Shown piece after piece: positions 1-9,606 of a stretch of DNA of 64,000 nt. The notes under the pieces were generated by a model that worked only from the letters and a program-made list of their open reading frames with translations, ran no database searches and had not been told where the DNA came from. The position numbers and the translations under genes were made by a program. The stretch's first letter is position 1, and each line of letters starts with the position of its first letter. This DNA comes from Candidatus Undivivens industriae (GTDB lineage Bacteria > Omnitrophota > Gorgyraeia > Gygaellales > Profunditerraquicolaceae), in NCBI GenBank assembly GCA_012514745.1, contig JAAYZR010000001.1, positions 7,877 to 71,876 on the forward strand, given 5' to 3'.

Positions 1-1
1 C

Positions 2-3000
2 CATGCGGTGACGGCCATTCAGGACGCCACTTTCACCACTATTAATGCCGGGGCGGATATTGCGGTTCAAGCGGCTCTTACAGCAGGTCATTCTTTGACT
101 CTTACTGCGAATACTGCTTCTACATTGTCCGATATAGAAATAGGGGCGAGTAGTGATCTTGAAGCCCCTGTTGTAACCCTAAGATCCTGCATAATAAGGC
201 TCTACCGACCTGTTGACAACAGCATCGGTTCTCTACATCTTATTGCAGAATACTCCGGCGGCGGCACGGTTTTTAGCTCTAGTGGTACTGGTGTTACCGC
301 CCACGGAGATTTGACTATAGACGGAAGTATGTGGGTAAATATTGACGGCGTAGGGCTCACTTCGACTGACGGTGATATCCGTCTGAACTGCACGGTTGAC
401 TCAAACGATGCTACATCGCGTGATTTAAGCCTGACTGCCGGCCAAGGCACTGTTTATGCCGGGACATTTGGGGGAACATACAGGCTTGAAGATATATCTG
501 TCAGCGCACAGCAGTTGGTTCTTAGCGGTGATATCAAGGCTGAAACTGTCAATACTTCCGGCGTGGTGGGCCTCACGACGCTGGCTAATGCGATCGATAT
601 AGATACCAGCGCAGGCGCCGGCACCATAACCCTCGGCCCTTTGACCGGCGCAAATAATCTCACGATCTCCGCCGGGGGAGCCGTAACCTTAAACAACGCC
701 GATATCGCCTCGCTGGATATCGACTCCGCTACCACTGTCGGCTTTAACGGCAATTTCAAAACCAGCGGCGGGGTAACAGTGGATACCGCGATTACCGGGG
801 ATATCACCGTTGCCTCCACCGGTTCCATCCAGGCAGGCGGGAATGTTACCTTGGATAACACCGCCGGCGCCGGGACCGCGGATATCGTGCTTAACAGTAA
901 CGTTTCCACCACCGGTTCCAGCACTATCACGATCAGCGCGGACGATGCCGTCAATATCGCCCAGAGTGCTGCCGCCAGCGTCAGCGCGGTCAACGGCGAG
1001 ATAGATATCACCTCTGCCGGAGCAATAGCCTTGGGCACAGGAACTTACGTCGGCAAGATCACCACCACCGGCGCAGGTGCAATTGATATTAATAACACCG
1101 ACACTTTGACTATGGGAACCGCCTTCGGCACCGAGATTTCCGGCGGCGGGGATGTGGATATAGCGGGTGCCGCCGGCATCACCAATACCATAGCCTCCAC
1201 CACCAGCGGCGATGTGGCGTTGCACGGAGCAGTGACTTTAGCAGCTAATGCCGTTGTATCCAGCGCCAACGGCAATGTGACATTTTATAATACCGTCAAT
1301 GCGACCTCGGACAATACCGAGACATTGACCGCGAATGCTTTAAACGGCATTGTAACATTCCAGAATACTATCGGTAATACCACTGATCCGGGAGCCCTGA
1401 CCGTTAACGCCTCTACGGCAGTTTTCTATAATACTGTGCTGGTAGGGGGTAATATTGATATCAATGCCAATGCCGTAACACTGGATACTGTCAATTCCGG
1501 CACCTTCCAGACCACCGCCAATAATGGATATATAGATTTCGGCACGGCCCTGATTGACTCGGCAGGCGAGGCAGTAGCCTTTGCCGTTACCGCTGACGGT
1601 TCAGGTAATGTCGTGCTTGGCACCATCGGTTCGTCTGATCCGGTGTCCAGCGTTTCTGTAACCACTACTTCCGGCTCAACCACATTAAACGGCGATATAA
1701 CCGCAGACGGAGCAGCAGGCATTAATTTTAGCAGCGCCGGCAACGTGCTTTTGAATAACAATGTTACCTTAACCACCACCAATTCCGACGGTGATGTGGT
1801 CCTTGATTCTGTCAACGGTTCCAAAACCCTTACCGTTAACTCCGCCGATGATATTACTATTAACGACGATATCGGCGGAAGCACCGCGCTTACCGCTGTT
1901 ACCCTTTATGCCGCCGATGTCATTACCACCGGTGCCGCCGGCACCATTAATACTGCCGGGGCCGTATCCATCAGGACCGGCCTGTCCAGCGGCGATGATA
2001 TTACCATAGGCGCAACGATCGACGCTGCGAGCGTGACCATCAGCGGCGATGAAGTGAATATCAACGCCGACATTACCGGCACCGATACCGTCGATATTAC
2101 CGCCAATGGTTCGGCTTCCGGTGACGACGTCAACCTGGCTGCCGGCGTATCCAGCGCTGCCGCCAGCATCACCGCCAACAACAGCGGGATTATCAACGTT
2201 ACCGTCACCCAGAATAATACTTTGGGTTCGACCATTTATAAAGGAGCGGTGACTTTAGACGGCACAGTAGCAGACTCCATCACATTGACTTCTCTTGGGG
2301 ATATGACCTTTAACGGGGCGGTGACCGCGACAGACATAGGCAGCGGCGGGATCACCTCCACCAACGGCTCATTATATTTTAACGCCGATTTGAGCGGCGC
2401 GGATACTATCGACCTTAATGCCAAGAACGGTATTTACCTGAATACGGTAGGTGCGGGTGCCGATCCGACCCTGTTGGATTTGGACTCAGCTGCCGCGCAG
2501 TTAAGCGGCGCGATTAATGTGGTCGCGATCGATACCACCGGTGTGGGGACAACTACTCTCGCCGCGGATATTACCATCACTGCCACCGGCTCCGGTAATG
2601 CCATCCAACTGGGGGATTTAATCGGACAGAAAGATCTGACTTTGGATGCGGACGGTTCTGCCAGCGATATCATACTTAATAACGCGAATATCGCTTCTTT
2701 GACGATAAATGATGCTGATGATGTTACATTCAGCGGTAATTTCGCCACTACCGGCAATACCACTGTTTCTACCGCAGTCACCGGCACCATTATTGTCAAC
2801 GGTTCTATCGATGCCGGCGGGGCGGTAACTCTGGTGAACAATGACAGCGGTTCTACCGGTATCGACATCAACGGCGCGGTCAGCGGAACGGGCGGCGTAA
2901 CGATGACGGCCTCGGCCGGGAATATCGATATAGATGCGGACGTAAACGCTTACGGCGGCAGTACAATTGAGCTCACCGCATCAGCCGGTTCCGTGAATAT

Positions 3001-6000
3001 CGCCCAGAATGCTGCCGCCAGCGTCAGCGCGGTCAACGGCGCGATCGATATTAATGCGGCGGGAGCGGTCTTAATCGGTACCGCCTCGTATGCCGGCAAG
3101 GTAGTTACCGAGGGAAGCGGGAATATTTTTATCGATGCCGGGACGGGCAGTGATATCACCATAACGGGCGCGGATTCGCAGGTGAATGCCGGCGGCGATG
3201 TGAACATCGGGCAAAGTGTTTCTTCCGCCAATGTAAATGTGAATAGCAATTCGAAGGTCCAGGCGGCAGGGGATATAACGGTTGACGGAGATATAATCAC
3301 GATCCAGGCAACCGGAAACGTGATAAGCACCGCCGGGGATATAGACCTTGAATCAACCGTCGGCGCTCTGAATGCCGAAGGTAATATCACTGCCGTCGGC
3401 AATACCGTCGCGCTGACCTCCGCGGCCGGTATCACCGATACCAGCGACGGGGACACGGACATCACGGCCAGGACTTTGAGCATTACGGCCGTCAGCGGCA
3501 TCGGTACCGGAACCGGTAACAACGCGCTTGATACGGATGTCGATTATATCAACGCCTCCGTGTCCGGGACAGGGGATATTTATATTTTGGAGGAAAGCGG
3601 CGTAACTTTGAGCGATATATCCAGCACCAACGGTTTAATTAATATTACCAGCGGCAGCGTCGCTACCGGAAACACTATAGTCACCAGCGTTGTTGCCGGT
3701 GGAACAGCTAATGTTGATATTACCGCGACACGCGGGGATATTTATCTGGCGACGGTAACCGCCGCCGGAGATACAGCGACAATAACGGCCGCTGCCGGTT
3801 CGATCTATGACGACACGATAAATACCACCAAGGTCACCGCAACAAGCGTTTCATTAACTGCCGCCGGCAGTATCGGCGCGTCCTCTACCGACGCGGATAT
3901 TGACACCGCCTGCACCAACCTGACCGCGGCAACCACCGCAGGGGACATTTATATTACCGATGACGACGCAGTTACTTTGACCAGCGTCACTACCGGGACC
4001 GGTTCAATAACTATCAAAGGAGCCAGGTCGGCGGCAGGGGATATGACGGTAACTCTTGTAACTGCCGGTACCGCAGGCGGGACCGGAGACGGAGATGTCA
4101 CCCTGAAGACATTAGACGGCGGCGGTTCTACCAATGACATTATTCTTTCCGGGCCGGTTACCGCTTCCAACGATTCGGTAACTCTGATCTCGGATTTTGA
4201 TATCAGCGATAGTTACGCGACTGCCGCCGATATCGTTGCCGGCGCGCTCTATCTGCAGGCCGGCGGCTCTTTCGGCGCGGTAGGGAATTACATCGATACC
4301 AATGTCTCCACCATCGACGACGCGGCCGCGGGCAGGAACGTTGCCGGTTCCATCTATATCAGCGAATACGACGATGTCGAACTCGGTTCCGTGAATGGAC
4401 TGACTACGGCATCCGGAGATATCAGAGTGGAAGCCGGTGTTTCCGCTTCAGGCGCCCTTACCGCCAGCAAAGTGACCGCGGGCGGCAGCGGGGATATCTA
4501 CCTGACGACTTACAATACGAGCGACATCGCCTTAGGATACGTCAACGCCCTGGGAGACGATGTTACCCTTATCTCTGCCAATAACATAACCGATAAAGAT
4601 ACCGACGGAGATATCGATGTCGTCGCAGATCATTTATACCTTCAAGCGGCCGGTTACTGCGGAACCACCGGGACCGGCGCCGCGATAGACACGGATGCCG
4701 CGTATATAGACAACGTCGCCGGCAACGTCGTGGCGGGTTCCATCTACATAAATGAGAATGACGGCGTCACGCTCGGCGCGACGAACGGGTTGACTTCCAC
4801 CAGCGGCCCGATCTATATCACCGCCGCCAATAACGGCGACGGAACCCTGACGGCCGCCGCCGTTACGGTCACTACCGACAATTCGAACGGCATCACCCTT
4901 ATTACCAATCGCGGCACCGGCGGCCTGAACGATATTCAACTCGGCGCTGTTACCGCAGGGACCACATCCGCGGTCATAACCCTGGCTTCCTATAACGACA
5001 TACTGGACGACGACGGCACGGTGGATCTGACGGCTTACGGCCTGCTTCTGGAAGCCGGCGGCAGTGTGGGGACTTCGAGCGACTATGTGGATACATCGGT
5101 TTCCACGATAGATGATAGGTCCGCCTCTGCCAATGTCCACAACTCGATCTATATCAACGAGTCCGACGGCGTCAATCTCGGAGCGGTGAACGGCTTGACT
5201 ACCGATATGGGGGATATTCGTGTTACGGCAGGCGGGACATTGACCGCTTCCTCCGTGACCGCCGGGGACGCGGGAGACGTTTACCTGACCACCGGTTCGG
5301 GGGATATCGCTGCCGGGCTTATAACCGCGCTTGACGACGATGTTTACCTAAACGCCGCGGGTTCGATCACCGACGGGGATACAGGAGTGGACATTTACGC
5401 CGGGAGGCTCTATCTGACCGCCGGCGCGGATGTGGGCGCCACCGGCGACTACCTGGACACGAGAGTCAATAATATCGACGATTATTCCGCTACGGAGAAC
5501 GTGGCGGGGAGCATATATATCAGCGAATACGACGGCGTGAACCTGGGCGCGTTAACATCCACGGGATTGACTACCGATAGCGGTTCTGTCTTTGTGGAGT
5601 CGAACGCCACGGAAGACGGGACGTTGACGGCTACCCTGGTGACTGCGGGCGGTAGCGGGGATATTTCCCTGAAATCGCAGGCCGGCGCGGCTTCTACCGG
5701 CAATGTCAACGACATCGCGGTGGGCCTGCTTACCGCTTCCGGCGACGACGTGATACTGAACTCCAACGACGATATCATCGATTTGACCTATGATGAGGTG
5801 ACGGATATAGTCGCTTCAGGGCTGTATCTGGCGGCAGGCGGCACTGTCGGCGGGGACGGAAGCGGACTGGAGCTGGATACGCGGGTCTCCACCATCGACG
5901 ATATCAGCGGCAGTAACGTTTACGAGAACATCTATATCATCGAATACGACGGGGTCAGCCTCGGGTCGGTGAACGGTCTGACGACCGATACCGGAGATAT

Positions 6001-7447
6001 CGATATAACCGCCGCCAAGACCGCGTCGGGAGATATGGACGCGGTTTCGGTAACCGCCGCAGGCGCGGGGAATATCCTTTTGACCACATTAGACGGCGGG
6101 GGCGCCTCCAACAACATAAACGTGGGGCTGGTTACCGCCGCGGATGACGATGTCTCCCTGGTTTCCGACGGGGACATAACCGACGCCGATACCACCGGGC
6201 TTGACGTCGTAGCCGCCTCTTTACGCCTGCAAAGCGCAGGCGCGGTCGGCACATCGGCGAACTACCTGGACACCCGGGTCGCCAACATAGACGACTACAG
6301 CGGCGGCAACGTCGGCACCGATCTTTACATCAGCGAATACGACGGCGTGATACTGGGCGCCCTCAATACTTCTACCGGTTTGTCCACCGCCGACGGTGAA
6401 ATAAGAATAAATGCCGCGGTAACGGCGGCAGGCGATCTTACCGCCCAGAAGCTGACCGCCGGAGGGACAGGTAATGATATATACCTGACTACGGAAGACG
6501 GCGGCAGCGGCAGCAACAATATAGGCCTGGGCGTGGTGACCGCATCCGGAGACGATATTTACTTGAATTCGGACTGGGATATCACAGACTCCGACCTGGA
6601 TCTGACCGCGGACCTGCTCTCTTCGGGCTTGTATTTCACCGCGCTGGGCAGTGTCGGCGGCTCCGGCGGCCCGGCGAGGATCGAAACAACCGTCGATACC
6701 ATAGACGATTACGCTCTCGGCGTGAACACAAGCGGTAATATTTACATAGCCGAAACAGACACCGTTACTCTCGGGAGTATCTTCGGGCTGACCACGGACG
6801 CCGGGGTTATCGATATCGTGATCGGCAATAATACCGTTACCGGGACACTGGCGGCAAACGGAGGATACGGGATATTCCTGAATTGTACCGACGGGGACCT
6901 GCTCGATCTCGATAACGGAAGTTTCACCGCCACGGCAAAGTCGGAACTGCGCGCCGGAGGCATTATCGGCACCATAGAGAATCCGTATGACGTGAATATA
7001 ACTTCCGGCGGGTTGTGGGTCTGGGCAGGTTCTCAACAGAGAGAAGTTTCCGCCAACCTGCGCGGCACCGTCGTCAGCAGCGCCGATACGGAGCGCGTGG
7101 AGATATTCGAACCGTCGCCTCCGGGGCTGGTCATTTTCGACAACCATCTGATGGGCGGCGGTAATTACGGCAGCGGCAGCGCCAACGGCAGTATCTTAAG
7201 CAGGGGCTACGGGTATATCGATGTTATCAGGAATGATTTCATCGATTCCGTGTATGCCCGCGCGCTGGAACAGCCGTGGGGTTATAAACTGCTTCTGGCC
7301 TGGGCGTTTGCGGAAGGGCCGAAGATAGACGAGAAGTTTATGAGCGACGTGCCTACTACAATAGACTCGAGCCTGCTGCAGCTTCCGGTGCTTTACACCG
7401 ATATGCAGAAACCGATGGACTACTACGTGATCAGATCGATCAGGTAA
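2..7447 (+). CDS. Giant repetitive surface protein (beta-helix-like repeat protein). The gene is partial: its reading frame is open to the window's 5' edge, so the N-terminus lies upstream.
   Basis: Continuous 2,479-codon ORF with low-complexity G/T/S/A/D/I-rich composition. There are ~7-8 tandem ~170-aa modules (nt ~4180-7030) with recurring LYLxAxG...IYIxEYDGVxLGxxNGLTT...VTAGGxGDIYLTT...DDVxL...ITDxDT blocks. There is also a long-range internal duplication (nt ~660-1090 vs ~2690-3120, including a 41-nt near-identical core at 958-998 and 3001-3041). No stop occurs before position 8. Confidence 0.75.
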   Translation, partial: HAVTAIQDATFTTINAGADIAVQAALTAGHSLTLTANTASTLSDIEIGASSDLEAPVVTLRSCIIRLYRPVDNSIGSLHLIAEYSGGGTVFSSSGTGVTAHGDLTIDGSMWVNIDGVGLTSTDGDIRLNCTVDSNDATSRDLSLTAGQGTVYAGTFGGTYRLEDISVSAQQLVLSGDIKAETVNTSGVVGLTTLANAIDIDTSAGAGTITLGPLTGANNLTISAGGAVTLNNADIASLDIDSATTVGFNGNFKTSGGVTVDTAITGDITVASTGSIQAGGNVTLDNTAGAGTADIVLNSNVSTTGSSTITISADDAVNIAQSAAASVSAVNGEIDITSAGAIALGTGTYVGKITTTGAGAIDINNTDTLTMGTAFGTEISGGGDVDIAGAAGITNTIASTTSGDVALHGAVTLAANAVVSSANGNVTFYNTVNATSDNTETLTANALNGIVTFQNTIGNTTDPGALTVNASTAVFYNTVLVGGNIDINANAVTLDTVNSGTFQTTANNGYIDFGTALIDSAGEAVAFAVTADGSGNVVLGTIGSSDPVSSVSVTTTSGSTTLNGDITADGAAGINFSSAGNVLLNNNVTLTTTNSDGDVVLDSVNGSKTLTVNSADDITINDDIGGSTALTAVTLYAADVITTGAAGTINTAGAVSIRTGLSSGDDITIGATIDAASVTISGDEVNINADITGTDTVDITANGSASGDDVNLAAGVSSAAASITANNSGIINVTVTQNNTLGSTIYKGAVTLDGTVADSITLTSLGDMTFNGAVTATDIGSGGITSTNGSLYFNADLSGADTIDLNAKNGIYLNTVGAGADPTLLDLDSAAAQLSGAINVVAIDTTGVGTTTLAADITITATGSGNAIQLGDLIGQKDLTLDADGSASDIILNNANIASLTINDADDVTFSGNFATTGNTTVSTAVTGTIIVNGSIDAGGAVTLVNNDSGSTGIDINGAVSGTGGVTMTASAGNIDIDADVNAYGGSTIELTASAGSVNIAQNAAASVSAVNGAIDINAAGAVLIGTASYAGKVVTEGSGNIFIDAGTGSDITITGADSQVNAGGDVNIGQSVSSANVNVNSNSKVQAAGDITVDGDIITIQATGNVISTAGDIDLESTVGALNAEGNITAVGNTVALTSAAGITDTSDGDTDITARTLSITAVSGIGTGTGNNALDTDVDYINASVSGTGDIYILEESGVTLSDISSTNGLINITSGSVATGNTIVTSVVAGGTANVDITATRGDIYLATVTAAGDTATITAAAGSIYDDTINTTKVTATSVSLTAAGSIGASSTDADIDTACTNLTAATTAGDIYITDDDAVTLTSVTTGTGSITIKGARSAAGDMTVTLVTAGTAGGTGDGDVTLKTLDGGGSTNDIILSGPVTASNDSVTLISDFDISDSYATAADIVAGALYLQAGGSFGAVGNYIDTNVSTIDDAAAGRNVAGSIYISEYDDVELGSVNGLTTASGDIRVEAGVSASGALTASKVTAGGSGDIYLTTYNTSDIALGYVNALGDDVTLISANNITDKDTDGDIDVVADHLYLQAAGYCGTTGTGAAIDTDAAYIDNVAGNVVAGSIYINENDGVTLGATNGLTSTSGPIYITAANNGDGTLTAAAVTVTTDNSNGITLITNRGTGGLNDIQLGAVTAGTTSAVITLASYNDILDDDGTVDLTAYGLLLEAGGSVGTSSDYVDTSVSTIDDRSASANVHNSIYINESDGVNLGAVNGLTTDMGDIRVTAGGTLTASSVTAGDAGDVYLTTGSGDIAAGLITALDDDVYLNAAGSITDGDTGVDIYAGRLYLTAGADVGATGDYLDTRVNNIDDYSATENVAGSIYISEYDGVNLGALTSTGLTTDSGSVFVESNATEDGTLTATLVTAGGSGDISLKSQAGAASTGNVNDIAVGLLTASGDDVILNSNDDIIDLTYDEVTDIVASGLYLAAGGTVGGDGSGLELDTRVSTIDDISGSNVYENIYIIEYDGVSLGSVNGLTTDTGDIDITAAKTASGDMDAVSVTAAGAGNILLTTLDGGGASNNINVGLVTAADDDVSLVSDGDITDADTTGLDVVAASLRLQSAGAVGTSANYLDTRVANIDDYSGGNVGTDLYISEYDGVILGALNTSTGLSTADGEIRINAAVTAAGDLTAQKLTAGGTGNDIYLTTEDGGSGSNNIGLGVVTASGDDIYLNSDWDITDSDLDLTADLLSSGLYFTALGSVGGSGGPARIETTVDTIDDYALGVNTSGNIYIAETDTVTLGSIFGLTTDAGVIDIVIGNNTVTGTLAANGGYGIFLNCTDGDLLDLDNGSFTATAKSELRAGGIIGTIENPYDVNITSGGLWVWAGSQQREVSANLRGTVVSSADTERVEIFEPSPPGLVIFDNHLMGGGNYGSGSANGSILSRGYGYIDVIRNDFIDSVYARALEQPWGYKLLLAWAFAEGPKIDEKFMSDVPTTIDSSLLQLPVLYTDMQKPMDYYVIRSIR

Positions 7448-7477
7448 AGGGCCGATAAGGTAAGGAGGAGCTGGATC

Positions 7478-7933
7478 ATGAAAAAGAATTTATTATTCGC
7501 TGTAAGCATAATTACAATGGCCGCAGCCGCGACGCCGGCAGCAGCCGCGACGCCGGATAAAGCGGCGTCGGTGAAGCCTAAAGAGGCCAAAGTTGACCGG
7601 AATTACGACGGGGTGATAGACCGGATAGAGTATTACGATTCAAAAGGCACGATCCTGCGCGTGGAGACCGACACCAACAACGACGGCAAGATGGATGAGT
7701 GGGTGTATTACGAGAACGGCGTCCCGGTCAAGGGGGAGAAAGATACCAACGGCGACGGCAAGGCCGACAGGGGTATGGTTTATGACGCTCAAGGCAAGCT
7801 GGTCCGCATCGAGGCCGACATCGACGGCGACGGCAAGATTGACGAGTGGGTTTATTATGAGGGCGGCAAGCCGGTAAAAGCGGAAAAGGATAACAACAAG
7901 GACGGCAAGCCCGATACCTGGGTAACATATTAA
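7478..7933 (+). CDS. Small secreted protein made of tandem Dx[DN]xDGKxDEWVYYE Ca-binding-like (EF-hand/dockerin-like) repeats
   Basis: An AGGAGG RBS lies 8 nt upstream of the ATG. The N-terminus is a hydrophobic signal peptide (MKKNLLFAVSIITMAAAATPAAAA). It is followed by 5 repeats of D-T/I-N/D-x-D-G-K-x-D. Confidence 0.7.
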   Translation: MKKNLLFAVSIITMAAAATPAAAATPDKAASVKPKEAKVDRNYDGVIDRIEYYDSKGTILRVETDTNNDGKMDEWVYYENGVPVKGEKDTNGDGKADRGMVYDAQGKLVRIEADIDGDGKIDEWVYYEGGKPVKAEKDNNKDGKPDTWVTY

Positions 7934-8062
7934 TCCGGGGAAACAATAATATCGGCAACGGTAACGAAGCCCGTTTCGGTTCTCGGTAAAGGGAACGTTT
8001 TAAAGCCGAAAAACGTAAGATTAAAACAAGGGCATCGCAACCGATAAACGATAGATGAGCTT
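7934..8062. repeat. Intergenic repeat element, copy A. It begins at the stop codon of the upstream gene.
   Basis: Shares the modules ggtaacgaagcccgtttcggttctcggt, gggaacgttttaa.gccgaaa.acg and aaaacaagggcatcg.aaccgataaacgatagatgag with copies at 8218-8300, 8473-8575 and 54064-54245. Confidence 0.55.
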
Positions 8063-8217
8063 TACTACCGGTAACGGCTGCGTTAACCAACAGAGTTAAA
8101 CCTGTTTTTCCTTCCGGACCCTCTCCACCAAGGGGAGGCAAGGGGACACGCTACTTAATTCGTAATTGTAGCGAATCCCATTTCGACCTTCGGTCACGGC
8201 TACCAATAGACAACGTA

Positions 8218-8300
8218 ATTCCGGGGACACAGTACCTAATTCGGCAACGGCAACGGTAACGGTAACGAAGCCCGTTTCGGTTCTCGGTTACGGGAACGAA
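8218..8300. repeat. Intergenic repeat element, copy B (5' module). It is separated from its 3' module by a hairpin-rich insert.
   Basis: The sequence ttccggggacacagtacctaattcggcaacgg...ggtaacgaagcccgtttcggttctcggttacgggaacg is near-identical to 54066-54125. Confidence 0.55.
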
Positions 8301-8472
8301 TAGAATCAACCAATCTTTCCTCCCCTATTTGATGGGGAGGATTGAGGAGGGGTGTGATAGTTAATGTTCCCCCTCTTTATTTCTCCCCACAAGGGGGAGA
8401 AAAGTTAGGAATGGAAATCTCCGTTCGATACGTCCGCCACTGATGCGTCGGCGGACTGCAGATAGTCCGCCA

Positions 8473-8575
8473 CTGAAACTTTGGCGAGACTAAAACAAGG
8501 GCATCGTAACCGATAAACGATAGACGAGTTTTAATATCGGTAATGGGAACGTTTTAATACCGAAAGACGAGTATC
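8473..8575. repeat. Intergenic repeat element, copy B (3' module)
   Basis: The sequence ctgaaactttggcgagactaaaacaagggcatcgtaaccgataaacgatagacgag...gggaacgttttaataccgaaagacg matches modules of copy A and of 54170-54245. Confidence 0.5.
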
Positions 8576-8580
8576 AAACT

Positions 8581-9606
8581 ATGCCTGAATTAAGAAAAGA
8601 CCCGGTTATCGGCAGATGGGTGATAATCTCCACCGAGCGCGCCAAGCGGCCGGAGCATTTCGCTTCCAGAGAGACTTTTCTGCCGCAGGAGGGGGACTGT
8701 CCTTTTTGCGAGGGGCATGAGGCCGAGACTCCGCCCGAGATATACGCGCTGCGCCCCCATGGCGCTCCGGCGAATTCTCCCGGGTGGCAATTACGCGTTG
8801 TCTCCAGCATCTCGCCTTTTTTGCGCGTGGAAGGGAACCTTGAACGCCGCGGTAAAGGTCTTTATGACCTGATGAACGGAATAGGGGCGCATGAGCGTAT
8901 AATTGAAACCAGCCGGCACGTAGCCAATATGGCAGACTTGCCTAAGGAACAGATCTCCAGGGTAATTTCAGCTTATATAGACAGGATAAACGATCTCGAG
9001 AAAGACAAAAGGCTCAAATACGTGCTGGTTTTCAAGAATCACGGCTGGAGCGCCGGGGCGGGGAACATCAATCATACCCGCTCCCAGCTTATAGCCACGC
9101 CGGTGAACCCCAAACGGGTCAAGGAAGAGCTTTCCGGGGCCAGGCAGTATTATGAGTACCATGAACGTTGTATCTTCTGCGATATAGTCAGTCAGGAAAT
9201 CGAGAGCAATTCGCGCGTGATACTCGATGAGAACGGTTTTCTTGTCGTCACTCCGTTCGCGGCAAGGTTCCCGTTCGAAGTGTGGATACTTCCCCGGAGA
9301 CACAGCCCGGATTTTACCTCGTTGCAGGAGAACGAGCGCGAAGCCCTTGCCGGGGTCCTTAAGAAGACCCTTTCGAAGATAAAAAAAGGGCTGAACGACC
9401 CCGCCTATAATTACGTCATCCACACCGCGCCCTTCCGCAGGCAGAAGACCGGTTATTGGCGCACCATAGACAACGATTATCATTGGCACATAGAGATAAT
9501 GCCGAGGTTGACCCGCATCGCCGGGTTCGAATGGGGCACCGGATTTTACATTTGCCCGATATCCCCGGAGGATTGCGCGGCGTTCTTAAGAGAGGTGGAA
9601 GTCTAA
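8581..9606 (+). CDS. Galactose-1-phosphate uridylyltransferase family protein (HIT superfamily branch III). It is a divergent paralog in which the HPH nucleophile is replaced by HTR.
   Basis: The Zn motif CPFCEGHE is present. The position equivalent to HPHGQ reads NHTRSQ. The C-terminus carries the conserved HWHIEIMPRLTRIAGFEWGTGFY. It is ~50% identical to the downstream paralog. Confidence 0.7.
   Translation: MPELRKDPVIGRWVIISTERAKRPEHFASRETFLPQEGDCPFCEGHEAETPPEIYALRPHGAPANSPGWQLRVVSSISPFLRVEGNLERRGKGLYDLMNGIGAHERIIETSRHVANMADLPKEQISRVISAYIDRINDLEKDKRLKYVLVFKNHGWSAGAGNINHTRSQLIATPVNPKRVKEELSGARQYYEYHERCIFCDIVSQEIESNSRVILDENGFLVVTPFAARFPFEVWILPRRHSPDFTSLQENEREALAGVLKKTLSKIKKGLNDPAYNYVIHTAPFRRQKTGYWRTIDNDYHWHIEIMPRLTRIAGFEWGTGFYICPISPEDCAAFLREVEV

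Noticed and set aside
6221-7147. 308-aa minus-strand ORF (and many smaller ones at 202-6975) inside the giant repeat gene
   Set aside because: They lie entirely antisense to a continuous 7.4-kb plus-strand ORF. The translations are Arg/Gly/Ala/Val-rich mirror images typical of GC-rich repetitive DNA. They have no RBS and no independent signal.
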